Positions 29,526-38,829 of a stretch of DNA of 39,928 nt are shown here, one piece after another. The translations under genes were made by a program, and so were the position numbers. The stretch covers positions 1-39,928 of the forward strand of contig URTD01000001.1 of the NCBI GenBank assembly GCA_900550735.1. The letters are read 5' to 3'. Source of the DNA: an uncultured Collinsella sp. Lineage in GTDB: Bacteria; Actinomycetota; Coriobacteriia; Coriobacteriales; Coriobacteriaceae. Each line of letters opens with the position of its first letter. Position 1 is the stretch's first letter. The notes under the pieces were generated by a model, which saw only the letters and a list, made by a program, of their open reading frames with translations, was not told the origin of the DNA and searched no databases.

Positions 29526-30452
29526 CTATGCCGGCTGACGGTCGAGGCACGCGTCCCACATTTGGTCGCGCTCCTCTTGGCTAATGCCCTTGAGTGTCTT
29601 GTCGATGAGCTTAAGCAGTTTGTCCGAGCCCTTGCGGCAGCCGACGTTTGACGTGACCTCCTGCTTAAAGCCCTCGCCCTCCGCAAAGCGAATGGGCACG
29701 ATGCCCGGGTTTTGGGCCATATAGCCCTTCTCGTTTTCGGTGTTGTAGGTCACGGCGTCGCAGGTGCCCTGCAGCAGGTTCGAAAACACCGTGGGCACCG
29801 AATCGACCGGATTCTTGTGAACGACGCCCGGGATCTCGTCGATGACGGTGTCGAGCATCGTGTCCTTTTGGCCGAGCACCGTGGCGCCGCTAAAGTCGCT
29901 GAGCTTGGTCGCGCTTTGGTAGGGCGAGCCCTCTTTTACGAACAGGCCAAAGTAGCCGATAAAGTACGGATCGGAAAAGCCGACGGACTCCTCGCGCTCG
30001 GGCGTGGTGCTCATGCCGGCAATAATGAGGTCGATCTGGCCGTTGTTGAGCGAATCGATAAGGCCCGAGAAGCTCTGCTTGACGGCAACGGGCTCGCCAC
30101 CGAGGGCCTTGCAGACGATCTTGGCGATCTGTACGTCGTAGCCATCGGCATAGGCGCCCTGCACGTTGTCGATGGGGATGGTGTACTCACTGGCTTCGGA
30201 AACCTGCCAGTTGTACGGGGCGTAGGCCGCCTCCATGCCAATGCGGATCTTGTCCTTGCCGATCACGGAATCGGACAGGTCGTCGCGACCGCCGCCCGTC
30301 GTGGGCTGAACCACTTTGAGCGTGGACGGGCGCTGACAGCCGGCGAGCGCACCGGCGACGACGGAAGCGCTCGCAGCGAGAGCGCTACCCAAAAAGATGC
30401 GACGGCTGCATACCGGCTGGGTCTGCATGCCGCGCTGTTGCCGAGGTTGCAT
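29526..30452 (-). CDS. Amino-acid ABC substrate-binding lipoprotein (family 3)
   Basis: SRRIFL twin-arginine-like signal, LAGC lipobox, GMEAAYAPYNW, GYDV, IAGMS-TPER. Confidence 0.92.
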   Translation of the reverse strand: MQPRQQRGMQTQPVCSRRIFLGSALAASASVVAGALAGCQRPSTLKVVQPTTGGGRDDLSDSVIGKDKIRIGMEAAYAPYNWQVSEASEYTIPIDNVQGAYADGYDVQIAKIVCKALGGEPVAVKQSFSGLIDSLNNGQIDLIIAGMSTTPEREESVGFSDPYFIGYFGLFVKEGSPYQSATKLSDFSGATVLGQKDTMLDTVIDEIPGVVHKNPVDSVPTVFSNLLQGTCDAVTYNTENEKGYMAQNPGIVPIRFAEGEGFKQEVTSNVGCRKGSDKLLKLIDKTLKGISQEERDQMWDACLDRQPA

Positions 30453-30549
30453 CTGGTGCCTTCCCTATTTTGCGTTACTGACAATAAGACAGGATATACG
30501 CCCGCAACCAGCAGCGCGGCATGTGCGCGAAAAATTAATAGACACACAG

Positions 30550-30581
30550 TAGTCGTTTAAGAACGTCCCCAATGACTACCT
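30550..30581. repeat. REP-like palindromic repeat, family A (copy 2)
   Basis: TAGTCGTTTAAGAACGTCCCCAATGACTACCT; 1 mismatch to 15494-15525. Confidence 0.8.
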
Positions 30582-30584
30582 ACC

Positions 30585-30619
30585 AAAAAGCCTCCCTGCC
30601 GGATGTGGCAGGGAGGCTT
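30585..30619 (-). terminator. Intrinsic terminator after the aldose-1-epimerase gene
   Basis: AAGCCTCCCTGCC / GGCAGGGAGGCTT perfect stem with T-run on the minus strand. Confidence 0.8.
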
Positions 30620-30630
30620 AGCGGGTGGGA

Positions 30631-30661
30631 ATGTGACAAAGGGACTGTCCCTTTGTCACAT
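30631..30661. repeat. REP-like palindrome, family B (copy 1)
   Basis: Perfect ATGTGACAAAGGGAC-T-GTCCCTTTGTCACAT abutting the TAG stop at 30662. Confidence 0.85.
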
Positions 30662-31555
30662 CTAGAGCAGCGTTACGCTAAAGCTGCGGACGTCCGTCTC
30701 GCCCGGCGCCAGCGTAATGGTGTTGACCTTGTGCTCAAAGACGTCGTCCTCGGTGTCCATGGTGGTGTGACCGGTCCAGGGCTCGAGCGCCACAAACGGG
30801 GCGTCGTTGGCGGCAGACCACACGCCGATGTACTTAAAGCCCTCAAAGTCGATCTTGACGCCATGGCCCGACTTGCGACCGCGCAGCGTGAGCGTGGAAC
30901 CCGGGGTATCGGTGAACATGATGGCATCGTTATCGAAGCTGCGGTGCGTGATGGGCAGCACGTCAGAGTTATCGGGCGCCTTGTAGCTGCCCTCGAACGT
31001 CATGAGACCATCGGGCGTAATGATGGGGGCCTCGTTGGTCCAAGCCTCGGTAAATGCCAGCTCGTAATCCTCGAACGTCTCGTCCTCGGCACCGGGAGCC
31101 GGCACGTTAAATGCAGGGTGGCCACCCACCGAGAACGGCAGGTCCACGTCGCCGGTGTTGGTGACGGCAAAGGTCTGGGTAAGCGTGGCGTCGCCGGTTA
31201 GGGCATAGGTAATGTTGAGCTTAAAGTGGAAGGGGAAAGCCTTGAGCGACTCAGGCGTGTCGGTGATCTCGTAGGTGACGGACGAGCCGTCCTCGGAGAC
31301 CTCGACCAGCTTGTGCTCGACGATGCGCGCGAGGCCGTGACGCGGCATCTCGCAGGTGCCGGCCGCAGACGCCGCCGTGTTGTTGCGCAGTGAGCCCACA
31401 ATGGGGAACAGGATGGGCGCATGCTTGCCCCAAAAGGCCGGGTCGCCCTGCCACAGATACTCATTGCCGTTGAGGGCAAGGCTCGTGAGCTGGGCACCCA
31501 TGGAATCGATGGCCGCGGTAAGGCCGCCGCGCTTGATGGTAGTGACGGTAGACAT
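30662..31555 (-). CDS. Aldose 1-epimerase family protein (LacX-like)
   Basis: EYLWQGDP, APILFPIVG, RHGLAR, GGHPAF, FVALEPW; ATG 31555 with GGAGG RBS. Confidence 0.92.
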   Translation of the reverse strand: MSTVTTIKRGGLTAAIDSMGAQLTSLALNGNEYLWQGDPAFWGKHAPILFPIVGSLRNNTAASAAGTCEMPRHGLARIVEHKLVEVSEDGSSVTYEITDTPESLKAFPFHFKLNITYALTGDATLTQTFAVTNTGDVDLPFSVGGHPAFNVPAPGAEDETFEDYELAFTEAWTNEAPIITPDGLMTFEGSYKAPDNSDVLPITHRSFDNDAIMFTDTPGSTLTLRGRKSGHGVKIDFEGFKYIGVWSAANDAPFVALEPWTGHTTMDTEDDVFEHKVNTITLAPGETDVRSFSVTLL

Positions 31556-31634
31556 GCTACTTCCTCCAAAAGTAAACAATAGTGTCGAGGGCTATTGTCC
31601 CACTCTTGGCGGCAAGGAGAAGCGGCAGGCGCAG

Positions 31635-32504
31635 CTATTGAGCGATTGCGTAAAGGTCGAATCCGCCCTGCGGCGTGCTGTCGACCGTATCGGGCGCCTG
31701 CGAGTTAAAGCTCACGGGAACCATGCGCTTTGAGGCGCGGAAGCGCGTGCCATCGGTGGCGACGGGCGGTTCATCGACGGTGAGCTCGTAGTCGCCGGGC
31801 TTAAGCTCGATGCCGTCACCAGCGGAATTGACGTATTGATACTCGTCAATCGTCTGCCCTTTGAGCGTGCGGCCCACGATGTGGATGAGCATCTGACTAT
31901 CGCCGCGGGCGGTGTCCCATGTCGCACCGTCCTTGACCTCGACCGACACATGCACCGAGCGCGTGCGGCTGAGCGATTGCTCGACAGACATCTCGACCTT
32001 GGCGGCATCTTTGCGCTGTTGCTCCACATGGCTCCAGACATTTCCGATCGCCGAGCAAGCGATGACGCCGGCCATGAAGGCGATGAGGATGGGACCGAGC
32101 GGAGAGCGGCGGCCCGCGTCTTCCTCGCGAGCCAGGTCGGGGCGATGCGTGGGCGCAGGCGCCTGAGCACCCTGCGCGGGCACGTCGAGTATGCTGAAGG
32201 ATGCCGTGCTGCCGGGGTCGATGTTATGGCGCGGCTGCGGGGTCTTGGCCGGCGAGATGGACATGTCCGCCGGCTCACCGAGTGTGGCCGTGGCATCGGC
32301 CTTAGCCTCGTCGGCCTCGGCTTGGGCCCAAGCCCGCTCAAAGGTCAGGGGCTCGGCGGCATCGGAGGCGGCATCAGGCTCGACAGCGGCATCGTTGCCG
32401 GTCTCGTCCTCGTCGCTCGACACGTCACGCGGCGCGGGCTCGTCCCACTCCTCGTCCGGAGCCTCGCCCTCGCTATACCACCATTCAAAGTTATCGATAT
32501 CCAT
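31635..32504 (-). CDS. Hypothetical single-pass membrane protein
   Basis: Acidic low-complexity N-terminus, TM segment (PILIAFMAGVIACSAIG), beta-rich C-terminal domain; AAGGGG RBS. Confidence 0.7.
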   Translation of the reverse strand: MDIDNFEWWYSEGEAPDEEWDEPAPRDVSSDEDETGNDAAVEPDAASDAAEPLTFERAWAQAEADEAKADATATLGEPADMSISPAKTPQPRHNIDPGSTASFSILDVPAQGAQAPAPTHRPDLAREEDAGRRSPLGPILIAFMAGVIACSAIGNVWSHVEQQRKDAAKVEMSVEQSLSRTRSVHVSVEVKDGATWDTARGDSQMLIHIVGRTLKGQTIDEYQYVNSAGDGIELKPGDYELTVDEPPVATDGTRFRASKRMVPVSFNSQAPDTVDSTPQGGFDLYAIAQ

Positions 32505-32674
32505 ACGGGGCGCCCCTTAGGCCTCGCAAATAAACACTTGCTAGCCTTATACCCCCAGACGGCGCTGGAGCTCGTCGGCACAGACAGGAAAACCGTCACA
32601 ACATTCGACGCTTTTCCTCGATTTCGAGATTTTTGCCGAATGTTGTGATGGTTTGGGCGACTGGCTGGCAGCGC

Positions 32675-32707
32675 AATGTGACAAAGGGACTGTCTCTTTG
32701 TCACATT
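32675..32707. repeat. REP-like palindrome, family B (copy 2)
   Basis: AATGTGACAAAGGGACTGTCTCTTTGTCACATT; 1 mismatch to copy 1. Confidence 0.85.
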
Positions 32708-32764
32708 CTGTTAGAGTTGCAGGGATTGAATCCCGCTTATTCATGCGACATTGGAGTGACAACC

Positions 32765-34018
32765 TTGACCGCCGCAACCACGCCTAAAAGCAAGTCAACC
32801 GCCGCCGCGCTCTCCCCCGCGCGCACCAATCTTTGCCTGGCGCTGCTCATGCTGTTGGGATTCTCGCTCGGCTGCTCCGAGTTCGTGGTCATCGGCATCG
32901 AAAGCGACTTGGCGACGGAACTCGGCATATCGCTTGCCACTGCGGGCCAACTTATTAGCGTGTTTGCGCTCGTCTACGCTATCGCCACACCGGTGCTTGC
33001 GCTCAGCACGGGACGCTTCCGCCGCTACCAGCTGCTCGTGTGCTACAGCATCGTCTTTGTGCTGGGCAATCTTGTCATGGCGTTGGCGCCCAACTTCCAG
33101 GTGTTGTTCGCCTCGCGCATCATCTTGGGCTCCGTCTCGGGCGCACTGCTCGCCGTGGGTGTGACGTACATCCCCGAGCTGCTGTCCCCGCAGCAAACTT
33201 CGCTTGCCATCTCGGTGGTATATGGTGCGTTTTCCGTGGCAATGGTCTTTGTCACTTCGATCGGCAAGTTTGTGGCCGACACGCTCGATTGGCACGTGGC
33301 CATGTACGGCACGCTGACCTTTGCCGTTTTGATCTGCGGAGCGCTCGTGGCGTTTATGCCGCGCGCTGGGCAAACCGACGAGCCTGCCACCTTTCGCGAG
33401 CAGGCGGGGCTACTGCGCGAGCCGAGCATCATCACCGGCATGCTCATCTTTTTGTTTGGCGTGGGGTCGGTCTATGTGTTCTACGGCTACGTGACGCCTT
33501 ATCTTGAGCAAGTGCTGGGCATGGGCACGGTCGAAGCCAGCACCACGCTCATGGCCTATGGCGTGTTCTGCCTGATTTCGAACATCCTGGGCGGATGGAT
33601 CGATGCGCGCTTTGGCATGAAGGCGCTGCTCGTGACGTTTGTGCTGCAGGCTGCGGCGTTACTCGGGTTGTTTGCTGTGGGCGGCGCCATGCCGCTCGCG
33701 CTGGTCTTTGTCTTTAGCTTGGCGCTGCTCATGTACCTGTTCTCGGTGTCGTGCATCACGCACTTTATGGACGTGGCACGCAGCCGCCATCCCAAGTCGA
33801 TGGTACTCGCAAGTTCGGTTGAGCCCATGGCGTTTAACGTCGGCATTTCGTTTGGCACCGCAGTGGGCGGCGCCGTGGTAAGCAGCATTGGCATTGCGTA
33901 CGTGGGCGCAGTGGGCGCCGCGTTCTCGCTTGTGGCTTGGGCGCTCACGCTGGTGACGATTAAGTTGGCTCGCTGGGAGCGCCGCCGTCAATCAGCACAG
34001 CCCTCGATGCGGGCATAG
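32765..34018 (+). CDS. MFS transporter (DHA1, PbuE/AraJ-like efflux)
   Basis: About 12 TM helices, SEFVVIG, AGQLISVFAL, AFNVGIS; likely TTG start 8 nt after GGAG (start uncertain). Confidence 0.9.
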   Translation: MTAATTPKSKSTAAALSPARTNLCLALLMLLGFSLGCSEFVVIGIESDLATELGISLATAGQLISVFALVYAIATPVLALSTGRFRRYQLLVCYSIVFVLGNLVMALAPNFQVLFASRIILGSVSGALLAVGVTYIPELLSPQQTSLAISVVYGAFSVAMVFVTSIGKFVADTLDWHVAMYGTLTFAVLICGALVAFMPRAGQTDEPATFREQAGLLREPSIITGMLIFLFGVGSVYVFYGYVTPYLEQVLGMGTVEASTTLMAYGVFCLISNILGGWIDARFGMKALLVTFVLQAAALLGLFAVGGAMPLALVFVFSLALLMYLFSVSCITHFMDVARSRHPKSMVLASSVEPMAFNVGISFGTAVGGAVVSSIGIAYVGAVGAAFSLVAWALTLVTIKLARWERRRQSAQPSMRA

Positions 34019-34104
34019 GGGCGAACACAGCCCAGGGTGGCGAGCAACCGGTGAAAGCCGTCCAATATGAGTATGTTTATCCGCCTGGAAGCTTCAGCAG
34101 TGCA

Positions 34105-34164
34105 ATTTCGTGTACTTCAGATACACGCTTTTCTACGATTTCGTGTATCCGAAGTACACGAAAT
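34105..34164. repeat. Nested inverted repeat (23-bp arms, each itself palindromic)
   Basis: ATTTCGTGTACTTCAGATACACG / CGTGTATCCGAAGTACACGAAAT, 1 mismatch, 14-nt spacer. Confidence 0.8.
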
Positions 34165-34177
34165 GCGCGTGGGGTAA

Positions 34178-34216
34178 CTCAAAGGCGGCGACAGACGCAT
34201 TGTCTGCCGCCGCCTT
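34178..34216 (-). terminator. Terminator-like hairpin downstream of the PTS gene
   Basis: Minus strand AAGGCGGCGGCAGAC-aatgc-GTCTGTCGCCGCCTT then TGAGTT. Confidence 0.6.
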
Positions 34217-34247
34217 CTACACCGGATTTTATAGATATGTGGGGCGT

Positions 34248-35810
34248 TTATTCCATACCCAGCAGCTCGCGCATTTGGGTTGCGTAGTTAGATGCCATGT
34301 TGCCGTAGACAATCTGCACGCCGCCGTTAACATGCACGATGCCACGCGCTTCGAGCTTTTCGGTAAACTCGGCGTCATCAACCACCTTGTCGCAGTCATT
34401 GAGCTGGATGCGCAGACGGGTGAAACAGGCCTCGACAGACTTAATATTGTTGTCGCCGCCCACTGCCTCAACGATGGCGGGAATGAGATCGCTGATCACG
34501 GTCTTGGGAGCCTTTTCGGCCTCATCGTCGGACTCTTCCTCGCGGCCGGGGGTCTTAAGGCCCTTCTTAAGAATGATGAACTTGAAGACGAAGTAGTACA
34601 CCACGAAGTAGATGGGGCCGAGGAACAGGATAACCTGCCAGTTGGAACCCTTTGCGGCGCCCATGATACCATTAAAGATAAGCGACAGGAGCGGGCCGCC
34701 GAAGGACGCGGAACCGGCCACGTTGAACTGCAGGATATAGGTCAGTGCATAGGCAAGACCAGCCATGAGAGCGTGGAACACGTAGAGGATGGGCGCGATA
34801 AACAGGAAGGAGTACTCGAGCGGCTCGGTAATGCCGGAGAGGATGCAAGGCACCACGATGGCGATCATGAGCGCTGCGGTCTTCTTCTTGTTCTTGGGAA
34901 GCGCCGTCTTGTAGAAGGCGAGTGCAGCGCCGGGCAAGCCGAACATGGCGAAGATAACCTTACCGTTCATGACAAAACGGCTGACCTCGATGTTAAACGG
35001 CGTGCTGGGAGAGCCCAGGATCGCGTTGTAGATATTGATAGCGCCCTGAACAGTCTGGCCGTCGATGGTCTCGACGCCACCGAGCGACGTGAAGAAGAAC
35101 GGCAAATAGACAAAGTGATGCAGGCCAAAGGGCAGGAGCATGCGCTCGCCGGCGCCGTAGACAAATGCACCAAAGGCACCCGTAGTCTTGATGAACTCGG
35201 ACAGTGCGCCGAGAGCGTTCTGAATAAACGGGAAAACAAAGGACATGACCAATGCGAGGATGCTGCATGAGAGCAGCGTCACCGCCGGGATAAAGCGCGT
35301 GCCGTTGAAGATGGAGAACACGGCAGGCAGCTCAATTTTGTAGTAGCGGTTATGCAGCCACGCGACGATTGCACCCACCAGAAGACCGCCGATAACGCCA
35401 GTGTCGAGCGTGGTGATACCGAGGATCGTGCTCTGGCCCGTCGTAAGATTCGCGGGATCGATAACGCCAGTCGCCGTAAGGAACGTGCCCATCACGGAGT
35501 TCATGCACATGTAGCCCAAAAAGCCACAAAGCGCCGCGGTAGCCTTCTCGGACTTGGCGAAGCCATAGGCGAGACAAATCGAGAAGATAACCGGGATGTT
35601 GTTCATAACGATGCCGGCTGCAGCCTTAAGAATCGAAAAGAAAATCGCAAAGCCCGGAGCAGCAAGCCAGGGAACAGCTGCCGTAAGGGTGGGGCTGGTA
35701 AAGGCATTACCAAAGCCCTGAAGGATGCCGGCGATTGGCAGGATCAGGACAGGCGTCATGAGGACTTTGCCCAGGCGCTGGAACTTTGCCAGCAGCTCAT
35801 CTTTGTTCAT
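34248..35810 (-). CDS. PTS transporter EIICB (glucose/maltose/alpha-glucoside family)
   Basis: QRLGKVLM-PV, GTRFIP, PFGLHH, GITEPLEYSF, KTPGRE linker, EIIB ACFTRLR. Confidence 0.95.
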   Translation of the reverse strand: MNKDELLAKFQRLGKVLMTPVLILPIAGILQGFGNAFTSPTLTAAVPWLAAPGFAIFFSILKAAAGIVMNNIPVIFSICLAYGFAKSEKATAALCGFLGYMCMNSVMGTFLTATGVIDPANLTTGQSTILGITTLDTGVIGGLLVGAIVAWLHNRYYKIELPAVFSIFNGTRFIPAVTLLSCSILALVMSFVFPFIQNALGALSEFIKTTGAFGAFVYGAGERMLLPFGLHHFVYLPFFFTSLGGVETIDGQTVQGAINIYNAILGSPSTPFNIEVSRFVMNGKVIFAMFGLPGAALAFYKTALPKNKKKTAALMIAIVVPCILSGITEPLEYSFLFIAPILYVFHALMAGLAYALTYILQFNVAGSASFGGPLLSLIFNGIMGAAKGSNWQVILFLGPIYFVVYYFVFKFIILKKGLKTPGREEESDDEAEKAPKTVISDLIPAIVEAVGGDNNIKSVEACFTRLRIQLNDCDKVVDDAEFTEKLEARGIVHVNGGVQIVYGNMASNYATQMRELLGME

Positions 35811-35824
35811 GGGATACCCCTCTT

Positions 35825-35862
35825 AAAGAAACGGGGCGTGCAGTTCTACAACCCACACGCCC
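35825..35862 (-). terminator. Intra-operon hairpin between the GH4 and PTS genes
   Basis: Minus strand GGGGCGTGTGGTT-gtag-AACTGCACGCCCC followed by GTTTCTTT. Confidence 0.6.
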
Positions 35863-35892
35863 CATAACAGTTGTCAAGCGCTATGGAACTAG

Positions 35893-37218
35893 TTACTTAA
35901 GCTCCGGCCAGTAATCCTTATTGGCCTCAATGAGCTTATCGAGCACCTTACGCGCCTTCTTTGCGTCACCGACCAGACGATTAAGCGTGAGTGCCTGCAG
36001 GGCCTTCTCGTAGGAACCCTCCATCCAAGCCTCAACAGTCAGGCGCTCATAGGCGTACTGGTTCTCCATAAGACCGCGATAGAAGGTACCAATCTTGCCA
36101 ACGGCATAGGGCTGCGGGCCATTGGCGCCCACGCTTGCTGCGACCTCGACCATGGCGTCATCGGGCATACCCTCGATAATGCCGTTGTTGGGCACGATGA
36201 CAATGAAGGTCTTGTTGGTGTTGCGATAAATGGCCGAGGTGATTTCCACGATCATATCGCCATGAGCATCGTTCTGCACAACCGAGGAGTTCTTTGCGGT
36301 GCCGACTTTGGCAACACGCTCGCACTCGGCGAACACGCGCTTCTCACGACCGTTGATGACCTCGTCGGAACGAGTGTAGTCGGGGTCGAGGTGAGCGACC
36401 TTGTACTCGGGATACAGATAGTACTGCAGATAAGTGTTGGGCAGATAGTCGGGGAAGTCCTCGAGCATGTCCTTGACCATGGCGTAGGTGTCGAGCCAGG
36501 ACTGGTCACGCTGCTCGGCATCGGCAGGAAGGAAGCCGTTCTTCTCCGTGTACTCCTTAATCTGCGGGACGAGGTCATGGCCCTCTTCATCGTAGATGTG
36601 CTTGAACCAACCGAAGTGATTGAGGCCAAAGTACACGGGCTCCGTCTTGCTCATATCGCGACCGAGCAGGCGACCGTAAGAGCGCATGAGGTTGACGGGC
36701 TGATCGCAGATGTTGAGGACGCGATGCTCATCGGGCAGGACGCGCTCGAGACCATATGCCACAATAGCAGCCGGGTTGGTGTAGTTGATAATCCACGCCT
36801 CCGGGCTATGAGCGCGAACGTCGTTGACGATCTCAACCATGTCATGCATGGAGCGCATACCGTAAGCCATGCCGCCAGGGCCCACCGTTTCCTGGCCGAT
36901 GATTCCCATATGCAGCGGAATCTTCTCGTCCTTGCTACGCATCTCGTAGCCGCCGGTACGAATCTGGCAGAGCACAAAGTCGACGTCGGTGTAAGCCTCG
37001 TCCTTATCGGTGGTGTAACCAAACTCCACACCGGGCTCCTCCTCAGCGAAGAGGATCTTGCCAAACTCGCCGATCGGACGCTGACGCTCGGCATCGATGT
37101 CATAGAGCATCACGCGGTTCAGCGGCAGAATGTCCATGTGCTTGGTCAGGGCTTTAAGAATGCCAGGGCACCACGTGGAGCCGCCGCCAACGATCACAAT
37201 ATTGAGCTTATCCTTCAT
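35893..37218 (-). CDS. Glycoside hydrolase family 4, likely 6-phospho-alpha-glucosidase
   Basis: IVGGGS NAD-binding motif, DEKIPL, GQETVGPGG, NYTNP, ICDQP, GLNH; GGAGG RBS; adjacent PTS EIICB. Confidence 0.93.
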   Translation of the reverse strand: MKDKLNIVIVGGGSTWCPGILKALTKHMDILPLNRVMLYDIDAERQRPIGEFGKILFAEEEPGVEFGYTTDKDEAYTDVDFVLCQIRTGGYEMRSKDEKIPLHMGIIGQETVGPGGMAYGMRSMHDMVEIVNDVRAHSPEAWIINYTNPAAIVAYGLERVLPDEHRVLNICDQPVNLMRSYGRLLGRDMSKTEPVYFGLNHFGWFKHIYDEEGHDLVPQIKEYTEKNGFLPADAEQRDQSWLDTYAMVKDMLEDFPDYLPNTYLQYYLYPEYKVAHLDPDYTRSDEVINGREKRVFAECERVAKVGTAKNSSVVQNDAHGDMIVEITSAIYRNTNKTFIVIVPNNGIIEGMPDDAMVEVAASVGANGPQPYAVGKIGTFYRGLMENQYAYERLTVEAWMEGSYEKALQALTLNRLVGDAKKARKVLDKLIEANKDYWPELK

Positions 37219-37516
37219 GTTCCGTCCCTCCAGGGTTGGCTGATCGGTGTTCTCGAAGACCTTGGGCTCCGCGGTTGTCCTCGGCTTGCTTCGTTTCGAT
37301 TGATATTTTGCGACATAAGGTCATTTGAGAGTCCCCGTGTGGGCCAATGCGAAACGGGGACACATGATTTCGCTCACGACACAGATATGTGTAGGCAGAC
37401 ACGCGCGTTTGCCCAGTTCATGGGCAATAGGCAATCTTGACCGATTACCGATTTCTCACCTGGCAACACAAAGCGGTACCATATATACGACGAGGTGCGA
37501 GGGGCTGAAACATCTT

Positions 37517-38266
37517 ATGAAAGATCAAGAATCTTTTTATGATCATGTGCGAGCTGGCGAGAGCAAGCTCAACGATCTCGAAAGCGAGATCATGCGCTAC
37601 ATCATCGAGCTGCGTGATGATATTGACGATGTCACGCTTAAGAGCGTTGCTGAACGGTTCTTCGTCGCTCCCAATACAATCGTCAGGCTTGCTCACAAGC
37701 TTGGCTTCTCGGGGTTTACAGAGCTCAAACAATCGTATTCCGCCTCGCTCGACCGCAATCGATTCACTATCGAGGCGCTTCCTCTTGATACCCAGCTCGT
37801 ACAGACCAAAGATCTGCTTAACGACCGGGTCATCGATTCGGTCGTGAGTCTTATCCAGGACGCCTCGCATATCGTGTTCTTCTGCTCGGGCTTTTCGAAG
37901 TACCCGTGCCTCGAAATGGCTGAAAAGCTCAAAATAATGGGCAAGAACACCGATACGCTCAGTGAACGCCATGTCATGAGGCATTACGCAGAACTCCTCG
38001 GCAAAAACGACCTGGTCTTCAGCGTTTCCGTAAGCGGCGAGACGCAGGTGTCTATTGACGCCACATCGATAGCCAAAACGCGCGGATGCAAGGTCGTCAC
38101 GCTCACCGGCTTTTCTCGAAATTCTCTCTCGAAACTAGCCGACTACCCCATCTACACCGTGCAAAAAGAAATCCGCTTGGGCAGCATGGACCTCGACAGT
38201 CGATTGATGTTCTATTACGTTTTCGAATTGATATTTGAGCGCTACTTCAAACTGGCCAAGAAATAA
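37517..38266 (+). CDS. MurR/RpiR family transcriptional regulator
   Basis: HTH with TIVRLAHKLGFSGFTELK, SIS domain SVSGET and VTLTG...NSLSKLAD; divergent from GH4/PTS. Confidence 0.93.
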   Translation: MKDQESFYDHVRAGESKLNDLESEIMRYIIELRDDIDDVTLKSVAERFFVAPNTIVRLAHKLGFSGFTELKQSYSASLDRNRFTIEALPLDTQLVQTKDLLNDRVIDSVVSLIQDASHIVFFCSGFSKYPCLEMAEKLKIMGKNTDTLSERHVMRHYAELLGKNDLVFSVSVSGETQVSIDATSIAKTRGCKVVTLTGFSRNSLSKLADYPIYTVQKEIRLGSMDLDSRLMFYYVFELIFERYFKLAKK

Positions 38267-38326
38267 AACTTGGCATGCGCCCGGCTTCGACTCTTTAGCA
38301 GCCTTCTATATGAAAGGTATCGCCCT

Positions 38327-38791
38327 ATGCAACGCGTACTGTTTATCTGTCATGGGAACATCTGTCGCTCGACGATGGCTGAGTCGGTGTTTACCGAGCT
38401 GGTGCGGCGCGCCGGGCGCGCGGGCGAATTTGTCATCGATTCCGCGGCGACTTCAACTGAGGAGATTGGCAACCCGCCGCATCATGGCACGGTCGCCAAG
38501 CTGCGCGAAGTCGGGATTCCCGTCGTTGCGCACCGTGCCCGCCAGGTGCGTCGCGCGGAGTATGGCGACTGGGATCACATTGTCTATATGGATGCTGAGA
38601 ACGCGCGGGGCCTGCGTCGCATCTTTGGCGACGCAGGCCCCGACGGAAAGATTACGCGCTTGCTCGATTGGACCGAGTGTCCCGGCGACGTGGCCGATCC
38701 CTGGTACACCCGGGATTTCCAGAAGACCTGGGATGACGTCGATCATGGCTGTCGGGCCTTTTTGGAATTTTTGAAGAAGCGTCATTTTTAA
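38327..38791 (+). CDS. Low molecular weight protein-tyrosine phosphatase
   Basis: FICHGNICRS P-loop, DSAAT, DPWY; ATG 38327 with GAAAGG RBS. Confidence 0.95.
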   Translation: MQRVLFICHGNICRSTMAESVFTELVRRAGRAGEFVIDSAATSTEEIGNPPHHGTVAKLREVGIPVVAHRARQVRRAEYGDWDHIVYMDAENARGLRRIFGDAGPDGKITRLLDWTECPGDVADPWYTRDFQKTWDDVDHGCRAFLEFLKKRHF

Positions 38792-38829
38792 GAGACCTGT
38801 GAGTCTCAAGGGGTACACTTTGTTAGGAG

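Noticed and set aside
34051..34287. 78-aa ORF between the MFS and PTS genes
   Set aside because: Runs through palindromes and a terminator and overlaps the PTS end; no coding signal
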